A stretch of DNA of 64,000 nt from Palaeococcus ferrophilus DSM 13482 (GTDB lineage: Archaea; Methanobacteriota_B; Thermococci; Thermococcales; Thermococcaceae), in NCBI RefSeq assembly GCF_000966265.1, contig NZ_LANF01000010.1, positions 1-64,000 on the forward strand, given 5' to 3'. Of this stretch, positions 1-8,635 are shown piece after piece; position 1 is the first letter of the stretch, and every line of letters starts with the position of its first letter. The position numbers were made by a program, and so were the translations under genes. The notes under the pieces were generated by a model, which saw only the letters and a list, made by a program, of their open reading frames with translations, was not told the origin of the DNA and did no database searches.

Positions 1-4
1 CGCA

Positions 5-102
5 CTTTCAATTCTCCTAGAGTCTTATTGCAACATAAGATGTCATGGGCGTTGGAGTACCTACTACACGAACTTTCAATTCTCCTAGAGTCTTATTGCA
101 AC
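5..102 (-). CRISPR. Terminal two repeats (5..34, 73..102) and one 38-nt spacer (35..72) of a CRISPR array that continues upstream of the window. Repeat on the minus strand is GTTGCAATAAGACTCTAGGAGAATTGAAAG.
   Basis: Two identical 30-nt direct repeats separated by a unique 38-nt spacer. The reverse complement ends in ATTGAAAG, the Cas6 5'-handle of Thermococcales repeats. Positions 1..4 belong to a further spacer. Confidence 0.85.
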
Positions 103-640
103 AGGGCGAATTTTTCCTTCTTTTGCCCTTTAAACTGATAAGAGCACTTGAATTTTATAAGCTTTTCCACAGAGGGTGCTTCAAAAAGCCATCAAAAGCC
201 TCCAATCCAAGGCTTGTGGGCAGATTTTTCAGGTAGAGGTGGGTTTTCATTCCTCCGTTAATGAAATGTACAGTCACGTACACGAGACTTCCCGGGCATT
301 CAGAGAATTTTAAACGCGAATTATCCGGCTTTCACGCGTTTTTACGCCAAAATATTAAATTTACACGAGGATGGGATATTAAAGAAGCCCCGATATGCCT
401 TTTTTGAAACTCCGAAAGAATTTCGTTACAAAATTTCCAAAAATTTATGACTTTTTGTTAAATGATAACAACGGGTTACTAAAGACTTCCCTCCAATTCT
501 CCGGTTGTCAATTCTAAAAATAAGCCCTCAGGGGAAGCGGATGGAGGGAAGGAGCGTTTTGAGCGTGATGGGGTCACGCCAGATTGATCCCAATCCGGAC
601 CATACCGCTCGACAGACTTTTAAACGCTGAGCTGTAGGTT
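103..640 (-). promoter_or_regulatory. CRISPR leader: AT-rich, ORF-poor region flanking the last repeat on the transcription-start side.
   Basis: The repeat orientation means crRNA is read from high to low coordinate. About 500 bp of AT-rich sequence with TATA-like motifs (for example tttataagc, ttttaaacg) lies directly adjacent, as in Pyrococcus/Thermococcus leaders. Confidence 0.55.
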
Positions 641-645
641 AGAGC

Positions 646-1524
646 ATGGACATATACCAGATGCTGGCCCTAATAGCCATAGGATACGCCCTCAAATACG
701 CCGTCAGGGAGGAGAGGGTATTCCAGGTGCTCAGCACGTTCTCCACACGGTTTCTCCTTACGCTCTTCGTCTTCGGCAACGTCGCGAGCAAGGACCTGGA
801 GTACCTCCTCACCATAAAGCTCGTCTTCATCTACGTCCTCCTCATAATCATCCTAAGCCTCGGCCTCTCATACCTCTACACCCGGCTCTTCGTGGGAGAT
901 GAAAAATGGGGCGGCGCGCTGATGGTCCTCTCCGTCTATCCGAACACCGCCGCGATGGGATTCCCCATAGCGAGCCTCTTCCTCGACGATATAACGCCGG
1001 CGATACTCTACTCCACCACCAACAGCCTCATCGTCCTTCCGCTGGCGACCTTCATAGCGGCCCACTACTCGAGTGGGAAGGCATCCGTAAGGGAGAGCCT
1101 CAAAAAGGCGCTGAAGTTCCCGCCCACGGCGGCAAACCTGCTGGCACTGGGGCTCGTTGGGATGGGCGTTAAGCTGCCCCCGTGGCTCCTCGAACCCGCC
1201 AAAGCCGTGGGCTGGTGGAGCATACCCCTCCTCCTCGTGTACTTCGGCACGAGGATAAACCTCAGGGAGTTCAGAGTGAGGCATCTGGCGGAGGTGGCCC
1301 TCTTCAGGAGCGTCGTCCCCTTCCTCTTCGTCTTCCTGACGCTGAAGGGGGCGGGGGACGTTTACTACGCAGTCCTGGTTGAGTCCACGATGCCTCCTGC
1401 GATAATGGCGAACGTCCTTCTGGCCCACTACGGCCTGAAGGCGGGGGAGGGGATAGGGGTCACTGTGGTGCTCACCCTGATAACGCTCGTCTTCTTCGTG
1501 GCCATCAAGGCCCTGGGCGTTTGA
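646..1524 (+). CDS. Auxin-efflux-carrier (AEC) family membrane permease
   Basis: 292 aa polytopic hydrophobic protein. The N-terminal MDIYQMLALIAIGYALKY is typical of AEC/MdcF-like transporters. Confidence 0.55.
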   Translation: MDIYQMLALIAIGYALKYAVREERVFQVLSTFSTRFLLTLFVFGNVASKDLEYLLTIKLVFIYVLLIIILSLGLSYLYTRLFVGDEKWGGALMVLSVYPNTAAMGFPIASLFLDDITPAILYSTTNSLIVLPLATFIAAHYSSGKASVRESLKKALKFPPTAANLLALGLVGMGVKLPPWLLEPAKAVGWWSIPLLLVYFGTRINLREFRVRHLAEVALFRSVVPFLFVFLTLKGAGDVYYAVLVESTMPPAIMANVLLAHYGLKAGEGIGVTVVLTLITLVFFVAIKALGV

Positions 1525-1570
1525 GCGATGGGCTTTTTAACCCTTCGAGTGATTTTTGAACGGTGGTAAC

Positions 1571-2587
1571 ATGGAACGCGTCGTGGAGATTCTGAAGGAA
1601 ATCCTCGAGATACCCTCCCCCACGGGCTACACAAGGGAAGTCCTGGGCCACATTGAGAAAAAGCTCAACGAGGCCGGGATTAAGACCTACTACACCAACA
1701 AGAGCGCGCTAATAGCCGGAAATCACCCGGAGCCGGAGCTCGTTATAGCGGCACACGTTGATACGCTGGGAGCAATGGTGAAGGGGATCCTTCCAGATGG
1801 GCACCTGAGCTTCACGAGGGTTGGCGGTCTCCTCCTTCCTGCCTTTGAGGGCGAGTACTGCACGATAATCACCCGCTCGGGGAAGCGCTATAGGGGCACG
1901 CTCCTCCTCAAGAACCCGAGCGTCCACGTGAACAGGGAAGCGGGAAAGAAAGAGCGCAAGGAGGAGAACATGTACATAAGGCTCGATGCCGAGGTCGAGA
2001 AGAAGGAAGATACGGAAAAGCTCGGCATAAGGCCGGGTGATTTCATAGCCTTCGACCCGAAGTTCGAATACGTGAACGGCTTTGTAAAGGCCCACTTCCT
2101 TGACGACAAGGCGAGCGTTGCCGTGCTAATTGACCTCATGCTCGACCTTGGAAGCGAGCTCGAAAAGCTCCCGGTGGCTTTCTTCTTCTCGCCCTACGAG
2201 GAGGTCGGCCACGGCGGTTCGGCGGGCTATCCCAGGAGCACGAAGGAACTCCTCGTCGTTGATATGGGCGTCGTCGGTGAGGGAACTGCAGGAAAGGAGA
2301 CGGCCGTCTCAATAGCCGCCAAAGATTCAAGCGGTCCCTACGACTACGAGATGACGACGAAGCTGATTGAGCTGGCGGAGAAGAGGAACATCCCCCACTT
2401 AGTGGACGTCTTCCCCTACTACGGCTCCGACGGCTCCGCCGCTCTGAGGGCCGGCTGGGACTTCAGGGTTGCCCTCATCGGCCAGGGCGTCCACGCGAGC
2501 CATGGCATGGAGAGGACGCACGTTAAGGGCATGCTCGCCACGAAGGATCTCATAAGGGCCTACATCGAGGAGAGGTTCGGGGTTTGA
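1571..2587 (+). CDS. M42 family aminopeptidase (TET/FrvX-like deblocking aminopeptidase)
   Basis: 338 aa. Carries the M42 metal-ligand context (AAHVDTLG, EEVGHGG, DMGVVGEG). GGTGG ribosome-binding site upstream of the ATG at 1571; the track ORF is extended 5 codons upstream. Confidence 0.8.
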   Translation: MERVVEILKEILEIPSPTGYTREVLGHIEKKLNEAGIKTYYTNKSALIAGNHPEPELVIAAHVDTLGAMVKGILPDGHLSFTRVGGLLLPAFEGEYCTIITRSGKRYRGTLLLKNPSVHVNREAGKKERKEENMYIRLDAEVEKKEDTEKLGIRPGDFIAFDPKFEYVNGFVKAHFLDDKASVAVLIDLMLDLGSELEKLPVAFFFSPYEEVGHGGSAGYPRSTKELLVVDMGVVGEGTAGKETAVSIAAKDSSGPYDYEMTTKLIELAEKRNIPHLVDVFPYYGSDGSAALRAGWDFRVALIGQGVHASHGMERTHVKGMLATKDLIRAYIEERFGV

Positions 2588-2944
2588 TCCCTCCCCTTTT
2601 CTACCCATGCAAAAGGGATAAATAAATGGAGATCCAAGATTCCTCTGGGAAGGGCCATGGGGAACTTCCTATATGAGCTATTTAAGAACTCTCTGGACAG
2701 GAGTCTTCTCCATGAGTATTGCCAAGAGCTCAAGGTCGAGCTTCCGTTCTAAACGCGACATGGGGGGAGGCTCGAGTTCATAAAACTCTACGTCGAGCGG
2801 TTAAAGGATAATCCGGATGGAGTGTTCAGGCAGCAGGTAAGGCTTGTAAACTCTCTTTTAAAGTCCGCTAGAGATTTCCCGCTGACAAAGGAGGAATACC
2901 TCCGGCTCAAGGGAGAGCTGAGGGAGTAAATAAAAAGGAAAAGC

Positions 2945-3967
2945 TCACTCGATCTTTGCCCCGCAGACCGGGCAGAACTTGGCCCCTTCAGGGACTATGT
3001 GACCGTTGGGGCAGCGCTTTATCTCGTGGCCGCAGTAGGGGCAGAACCTCGCTCCGGGTGGAATCGGCTTGCCGCAGTAGGGACATATCTCCTGCTGCTG
3101 GGCCTGGGCCGGAGTGGCCTGTTGTGGAGGCTGGTTCTGGTAGCCGGCCGGGGGAACTCCACCGCCGGCGTAGGGCTGGGCCGGTTGCGCCGGCTGGGCT
3201 GGGGCCTGCGGCTGCATCAGCTGTGGGATCAGAACCATTCCGGTCCCAACGGAAGCGCTCCCGCTCTTTCCGAGTTCCGCTGCCACCTGCTTCGCCGTGT
3301 CCATCTGCATAACGGTTTGAGCGTTGCCGGTCTGCATTATCCAGAAGAGCCTCTGGCGCCACTCATCTGTGGTGTTCACGCCCTCTATCTTCACATCGAC
3401 GAGTTCAAGGCCTAACCTTCTGAAGTCCTCCATGAGCTTGACCTTCACCTGCGTGCTGACCATGTCGAGGTTCTGGAAGAGGTCAACTATCGAGTAAGCG
3501 CTGAGGTGCTTCATCATGCCCTCGTTGAAGTATGCTCTGATGAACTTGGTGACGTCACCTGTATCGTAAAGGCTCTGGCCGCCGACCACCTCAGTCAGGA
3601 AGAGAACCGGATCGGCAACCTTGAACCAGTAGACGCCGTAGTACTTTACCGGGGCGAGCTCCCTCGTCTGCGTCTCCCCACCGTAGCGCCCCTGGAACTG
3701 CTTCATGCTCACGAAGATGACGGTTGCCTTGAAGGGGCTGTTGCTCCCCCCCACGAGCTTGTAGAGGAGGGGCAAATTCTGCGTCGTTAGCGTATGCCTC
3801 CCCGGCCCGAGAACGTCGTAGACCTTCCCATCGCGCATGAAGATTGCCACTTCGTACTCGTGGACTATCAGCTGAGCACCCCACTTTATGACCTCGTTGG
3901 GGTAGCGCCAGATTATCTCATCCTCTCCAGGGTTGACCCATTCGATTACCTGCACCATATCACTCAC
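2945..3967 (-). CDS. SPFH/band-7-like protein (COG4260 virion-core-protein type) with a P/Q-rich linker and a C-terminal triple zinc ribbon
   Basis: 340 aa. N-terminal about 230 aa resemble SPFH proteins of the COG4260 group. This is followed by a PQAPAQPAQPAQPYAGGGVPPAGYQNQPPQQATPAQAQQQ linker and then CPYCG..CPYCG..CPNGH..CPVCG (three CxxC pairs). Confidence 0.6.
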   Translation of the reverse strand: MSDMVQVIEWVNPGEDEIIWRYPNEVIKWGAQLIVHEYEVAIFMRDGKVYDVLGPGRHTLTTQNLPLLYKLVGGSNSPFKATVIFVSMKQFQGRYGGETQTRELAPVKYYGVYWFKVADPVLFLTEVVGGQSLYDTGDVTKFIRAYFNEGMMKHLSAYSIVDLFQNLDMVSTQVKVKLMEDFRRLGLELVDVKIEGVNTTDEWRQRLFWIMQTGNAQTVMQMDTAKQVAAELGKSGSASVGTGMVLIPQLMQPQAPAQPAQPAQPYAGGGVPPAGYQNQPPQQATPAQAQQQEICPYCGKPIPPGARFCPYCGHEIKRCPNGHIVPEGAKFCPVCGAKIE

Positions 3968-4454
3968 CCGCCGCGAAACTCATCCTCTTGTTCAGAACCT
4001 CCTCGAAGGAGTTCAGCTTGTCGTCGAGGTCCAGAACCGCCATTCCCAGCGCCTGCGGGTTGGCTATCTGACCGTTTATGGCCCCGACGCCGTTCAATAT
4101 TCCCTCCGCAAGCTCCAGCATCTTCGCATCGTACTCAATGAGCTTCTTTATCTCCTCTTCCCTGAACTTTATTCTGTCGAAGTAGCCCGCGTAACCGGCC
4201 TCGGCGTGCCTCACCCTGCTTTCAAGGGCCATGAGCTTCTTCCTCATAGTGTCTATCGCCATCAGCTGTTGACAGTTCACCATTGCGCACCTCTGAAGTG
4301 CCCTCTCCACCTCGCGCCTGGCCTGGGCGAGCACGTCCGCCACCTTTCCGCGGACGAGCCTGTCGTCTTCCCTCAAAAGCTCCTTCTGCTTGTAGCCGTG
4401 GAAGCCCGGAATGGCGAGCTCAAGTTTTTCAACTATCGAAGTTTCCTTTCCCAT
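3960..4454 (-). CDS. Small coiled-coil protein in the SPFH operon (possibly PspA/ESCRT-III-like, unproven)
   Basis: 164 aa, predicted all-helical with a charged heptad pattern. Overlaps the downstream SPFH gene by 8 nt and sits 9 nt after the upstream gene, so it is translationally coupled. Confidence 0.55.
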   Translation of the reverse strand: MGKETSIVEKLELAIPGFHGYKQKELLREDDRLVRGKVADVLAQARREVERALQRCAMVNCQQLMAIDTMRKKLMALESRVRHAEAGYAGYFDRIKFREEEIKKLIEYDAKMLELAEGILNGVGAINGQIANPQALGMAVLDLDDKLNSFEEVLNKRMSFAAGE

Positions 4455-4463
4455 GTTATCACC

Positions 4464-5357
4464 TCACATCTTCCTGAAGTAGAGGTTACCTTTTCCGGTC
4501 TTCATGACCTCGCTAACCTTTCTCCTCTTCACGGAGCCCTTGGAGAATATCCCGAAGGCCCCGGCCCCCGCGGGGATTATGCTGCCCAGCAGTCCAAGGG
4601 CGCTCCCGTAAATTCCAGCGAACACCACCCCCAGAACGACCCCGGTCCCCAGCACCGCCGCGCCGAGAAGGGTGGCCTTCTTTCTTGCTTCGCCCATAAG
4701 GGGGTACTCCCCGAGTATCACCCTGCCGTCGGTTCCGTCCACGTAGCCTGTGAAGGACTCTCCGCTGTACTCGTATTGAACCTCCCAGACGGGGTAGTGA
4801 ACCAGACCCTGGTACTTTGTCTCTATCTCCACGCCGCCGAGGGACTTGTCCTCCTCCGCGGCCTCACTCCTGAGGGCGCTTTCCATAAAACTCCTTGCAA
4901 TCGCCTCGGCCTCCTCCTTCGAAACCTCCGGTTCGTAGTACTTCCCCTTTTTCACCACGGCCTCATCGAAGAAGCGTTTGCCCCTCACCGGGAACGGATA
5001 ACCTCCGAGGAGCCCCTTCAACGGGGAACCCGCGGGGACGCCCAAAAAGCGAACCTCCTCTATGGTCTCCCAGCGAGTGCTCCTTCCGTGGAGGTAGAAG
5101 AAGTACACGGGGACCCAGTGAAGCTCCTTCTTGGTGACCCTGGCGCCGGTTATATCGGCAGGGGCCCCGTACTGCCTCGAGAGGAACTTGAGAAGAACCC
5201 CTCCAGCGTCCTTTTTCATCGGCGGGAAGAAGAAGTGCTCACCCGTCTCCTCGCCGGTGTGAACGTGGAAAGTCGTCCCGCAGTAGGGGCACGTGGCGAT
5301 GCTCACCGTATCCGGAACCTTGAACTTTGCCGAACATGTGGGACACTGAACCTCCAT
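4464..5357 (-). CDS. Zinc-ribbon membrane protein (N-terminal CPTC..CPYC ribbon, C-terminal Gly-rich transmembrane region), paralog of the upstream gene
   Basis: 297 aa. N-terminal zinc ribbon MEVQCPTCSAKFKV...CPYCGTTF. C-terminal GAAVLGTGVVLGVVFAGIYGSALGLLGSIIPAGAGAFGIF transmembrane hairpin. Shares a HYPVWEVQYEY motif with the neighbour's LLPMWTVYYKF. Confidence 0.6.
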   Translation of the reverse strand: MEVQCPTCSAKFKVPDTVSIATCPYCGTTFHVHTGEETGEHFFFPPMKKDAGGVLLKFLSRQYGAPADITGARVTKKELHWVPVYFFYLHGRSTRWETIEEVRFLGVPAGSPLKGLLGGYPFPVRGKRFFDEAVVKKGKYYEPEVSKEEAEAIARSFMESALRSEAAEEDKSLGGVEIETKYQGLVHYPVWEVQYEYSGESFTGYVDGTDGRVILGEYPLMGEARKKATLLGAAVLGTGVVLGVVFAGIYGSALGLLGSIIPAGAGAFGIFSKGSVKRRKVSEVMKTGKGNLYFRKM

Positions 5358-5361
5358 TCTC

Positions 5362-6369
5362 TCACCCCCTCATGCCAAAGAAAGTGCCGCTCCGCTCGAT
5401 GCGCTGACCCTCAAGAACGAGCCGTCCAAAGTAGGCGCTTATCCCTGTCCCGATGAGTATAGAGAACGCGGGGAGAACCCAGCCACTTCCGGCCGTGTAC
5501 GCAACGCCAGCCCCTCCCACGAGGATTCCTAAAAGAGTACCCGCGAGGTACTGCGCGCGCCTCCATGCAGCCATCGGCTCCGTTGCCATGACGTCCTTCC
5601 CGTCCCAGCCTGCAAAGACAACGTGGAATATCGAGTTCTCGAACTTGTAGTACACCGTCCACATTGGAAGGAGCACGAGGTGAGCGTTTTGAGGCTCATC
5701 CGCCCTCACATCGAAGCGGTCTATCCTGTCCGCCTTTGACGAGTAGCGGTCCCTTATAACGTCTATCGCGTCCTCGTGCATTATGCTCTTCGCCTGTGCC
5801 TCATCCATCTCGGTGTTCAGTATTTCGAGCTTAATCCTGCCCCATTCATCTTCGTCCAGCTCGAGGAGCTTCTTTCCCCGGGGCTTCGTCTTTGAGTAGT
5901 GCCTGATCAAATCCTCCACCCCGAGGCTCTTAACCTGCCTCCTCGCGGAGCCTATGAGGTCGAGGTTCTCGTTCACCCGGTCCCTGTAGTGCCTCTCCAC
6001 CGTATGGCAGTGGGTGTTGCCCTTCGAATCGGTGTGACACTCCTCCTCCCTCACCGTGTACTCAACGATACCCTCAACGTGAACCGTTCCGACCCAGTAG
6101 GGGGCGTAGTGGCCCTCGATGTCCACGATGTCGAGCTTCTCCTTCATTCTTCTCAGATCGAAGTCCCTCTCAACGCGATCCCAGAAGGCCTTGGCCACGG
6201 CGTTCTTGTCCAGGGTGGGCACGATGTAGACCTTCTCGGTCTCCATACTGCCGCTTATGTGGTTGGGAAAACCACAGTAGGGGCATATCGCGATTATTGT
6301 CTCTGGAGAAACCTCGAGGGGTGCACCACACCTCTCGCACTTAAAACCGACCTCTTCCATGGCCATCAC
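5362..6369 (-). CDS. Zinc-ribbon membrane protein (N-terminal CERC..CPYC ribbon, C-terminal transmembrane hairpin); first gene of the operon
   Basis: 335 aa. FKCERCGAPLEV..CPYCGFPNH at the N-terminus. C-terminal LAGTLLGILVGGAGVAYTAGSGWVLPAFSILIGTGISAYF. Sits 4 nt upstream of its paralog. Confidence 0.6.
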   Translation of the reverse strand: MMAMEEVGFKCERCGAPLEVSPETIIAICPYCGFPNHISGSMETEKVYIVPTLDKNAVAKAFWDRVERDFDLRRMKEKLDIVDIEGHYAPYWVGTVHVEGIVEYTVREEECHTDSKGNTHCHTVERHYRDRVNENLDLIGSARRQVKSLGVEDLIRHYSKTKPRGKKLLELDEDEWGRIKLEILNTEMDEAQAKSIMHEDAIDVIRDRYSSKADRIDRFDVRADEPQNAHLVLLPMWTVYYKFENSIFHVVFAGWDGKDVMATEPMAAWRRAQYLAGTLLGILVGGAGVAYTAGSGWVLPAFSILIGTGISAYFGRLVLEGQRIERSGTFFGMRG

Positions 6370-6434
6370 GGTATAGGTAGGACCCTCAAGGTATTTAAGG
6401 GTGCCGGAGATTTTAATGGGTTGTAGTAATGAGG

Positions 6435-7085
6435 TCAGAGCATACCCTTAACGAGCTCCACGAGCTCCCAGAGGTTTTCCACGTAGTAATCGGCCCCCTC
6501 CACCCTGCCGAAGCGGGTGACGTTGACCACCTTCATCCCCGCGCGCTTTCCCGCTATTACGTCGTGGTGGCTGTCGCCGACCATGAGGGCCTCCCAGGGC
6601 TTCAGGGAGAGCGTTTTGAGGGCCTTCTCAATTAGGTACGGGTTCGGCTTAACCCCGTCGAGGTTCGAGTAGTCCTTGCCATAGACAGCGTCAAAATAAC
6701 CCCCTAAGTTAAAGAGGTGAAGTACAAACTCCACGCAGTCCTGGGAGGCGTTGCTGACCGCGGCGAGCTTCAGCCCCATCCTTTTTAGCTCCTCAAGTGC
6801 ACCCACATCTGGAAAAGGCTTTATCCTGCCAAGGCGAGCCATCTCCTTCCTGTATCGGAGGTTCACCCCGTCAACAAGCCTCCAGAACTCCACGTGGTCT
6901 ATTCCAAACCTCTTGACGTAGCTCCTCGGCAGGTCTCCCCGCACGGTTTTCCTGTAGGTCTCGTAGTCGAGGTCAATCCCCCTCTTCCTCAGCTCGGGCA
7001 GAACCCACTTCTCGTACCATTCCCTGTGGTCGTAGCCCTCGTAGTAAACGAGGGTCTCGTCAACGTCAAAAATGAGTCCCCTCAT
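6435..7085 (-). CDS. HAD-superfamily hydrolase
   Basis: DxDxT motif (FDVDETL), HAD motifs III/IV (K..GDSxxD: MVGDSHHD). Start chosen at MRGLIFDVD (ATG at 7085); the track ORF is extended 15 codons. Confidence 0.75.
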   Translation of the reverse strand: MRGLIFDVDETLVYYEGYDHREWYEKWVLPELRKRGIDLDYETYRKTVRGDLPRSYVKRFGIDHVEFWRLVDGVNLRYRKEMARLGRIKPFPDVGALEELKRMGLKLAAVSNASQDCVEFVLHLFNLGGYFDAVYGKDYSNLDGVKPNPYLIEKALKTLSLKPWEALMVGDSHHDVIAGKRAGMKVVNVTRFGRVEGADYYVENLWELVELVKGML

Positions 7086-7110
7086 GGGGCCACGTTGGAG
7101 GGGAGAATAT

Positions 7111-7536
7111 TTAAACCTTCGCCAGTCCATGGAGGAGTGCGTACTCTCTCCTGCTCCAGACCCCCGGGGAAGTCACGATGTAGAGCCTCCCCCCGTAGAG
7201 AATAACGTAGTCCTTGAGGTCATGGAGGAAACGCACGACGCTTTCGAAGCCGTTGTAGAGGACAAGGTACTCCAGGCAGTCGAGCACTACCGTGCCCTCA
7301 AAGCGCTCCCGAAGGTATTGAACTGCCTCGTGGAGAAGTTTGTGCAGCTCAGTAGGCGGTATGCCGTTAACCTGGCTCACGGGGAGTACTCGCCATCCCT
7401 CTTTCCCACGGAAACTCCGGGAGAAGAAGAGAGCATCCTGAGCCTTAACCTCATTGAGCGAACTAACCAGAAATACCCTGTCGGGGGTGTGCCGTTCGGA
7501 GGTGTCTACAACATGGCTTATGAGCTCCCCGATCAT
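7111..7536 (-). CDS. DUF835-domain protein (short form with no transmembrane region)
   Basis: 141 aa with the LDCLEYLVLYNGFESVVRFLHDLKD motif characteristic of archaeal DUF835. Confidence 0.5.
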   Translation of the reverse strand: MIGELISHVVDTSERHTPDRVFLVSSLNEVKAQDALFFSRSFRGKEGWRVLPVSQVNGIPPTELHKLLHEAVQYLRERFEGTVVLDCLEYLVLYNGFESVVRFLHDLKDYVILYGGRLYIVTSPGVWSRREYALLHGLAKV

Positions 7537-7622
7537 CGCCCTCGCCCGTATTTACCTCGAAAACAGAATTTAAGGTGTTTTTGTGTAAGTGGTTATGTAG
7601 GTGCACATGCAGGGACAGAAAC

Positions 7623-8437
7623 TCAATCCTCAAGCAGTGGGAACTCCGAGAGGAGAAGCGCCCTCTCCTTTCTGGAGAGTGCCTCAATCTCAACGAAGAG
7701 GATAACCGTGCTCCTGTGAATGTAGGCGTAGTCCTTCAGCGTGACCAGGAATTTGAACATGGCATCGAAGCCGTTCTCCAGCACCATGTACTCGAATCCA
7801 TCGAAGAGTATAACGGGCGAAACCTCGCTTTGATGCATGAAATCGAGGAGCAGGGACATCAGATAGGGCAGCCTCGTGGGGTTGACGCCTGTATCGTCAT
7901 CAACCTTCGTTATCCACAGTATGGGGGTCTTATTGAGGCCCAGTCTCTCCTGGAGCAGCTTTGGGGGGTTCTGCTTATTATAAGGCCCGGATGGCCCTTA
8001 ATGAGGAACAAAAACTCTGAATAGGCCCTTTCCCTGTCAAAAATGAGGTACAGCCCCGGACTGGGGAACTCGGTTTCATTTCCCTCGAACTCCACAACGG
8101 GTGCGAGGGTGTGGCGCTTCATGACGGAGGTTATCATCCCCGTCCACCCCACGATAAAAAGAAACACTGCAAATCCCATTAGAACGTTTCCCGCCCCGCT
8201 GAAAAGCATCACATCCCGGAGAGAAAGTCCTATGAGTCCCCAGTCATTGAGATCGAGCGGGAGGAACAGAAGCTTGGAGAATGCCGCTACGGCCCAGCCC
8301 ACGGTCATAACGTCATATGAGCGCCCGAGGGAGGGATACTTCGATACAAACCCCCGCCGATACCTGAGACTAACCACCAGCAGAACGAGGAGCATCAGCA
8401 TAAGGGATATTGAGGCCATGCCCGCAATTGGCCACAT
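7623..8437 (-). pseudogene. DUF835 membrane protein interrupted by a frameshift (N-terminal transmembrane part 7910..8437, C-terminal DUF835 part 7623..7859)
   Basis: The 175-aa ORF has 4 to 5 transmembrane helices and ends ...GLIISRTPQS. The adjacent 78-aa ORF, in another frame, carries the DUF835 core (FDGFEYMVLENGFDAMFKFLVTLKD). Together they reconstitute one full-length paralog of the 7111..7536 gene. Confidence 0.55.
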
Positions 8438-8635
8438 GGCGTTATATTTTTCAGGGCGTATCTATTTAAAAATTTTTACTAACGAGTCTTTATAGTTGCT
8501 TTTAGTTACACTAAAAAAACAACATTTACCTACCAAAATGGTGAAAGAGAAAGGGTTCACTTCAGGAACCCGGTCTTCTTTCTCGTTGCAAAATCTTTAT
8601 AAATAAAAAAATTACTGCCAATTAAAGGGATTAAT

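Noticed and set aside
868-1428. 186-aa minus-strand ORF and several 60 to 90 aa ORFs inside the AEC permease gene
   Set aside because: Overlap a well-supported membrane protein gene on the opposite strand. Arg/Glu/Gly-rich translation typical of shadow frames.
3933-5456. 507-aa plus-strand ORF
   Set aside because: Antisense shadow ORF spanning the minus-strand zinc-ribbon and coiled-coil genes. Composition is Arg/Pro/Leu/His-rich, typical of GC-rich antisense frames, with no ribosome-binding site.
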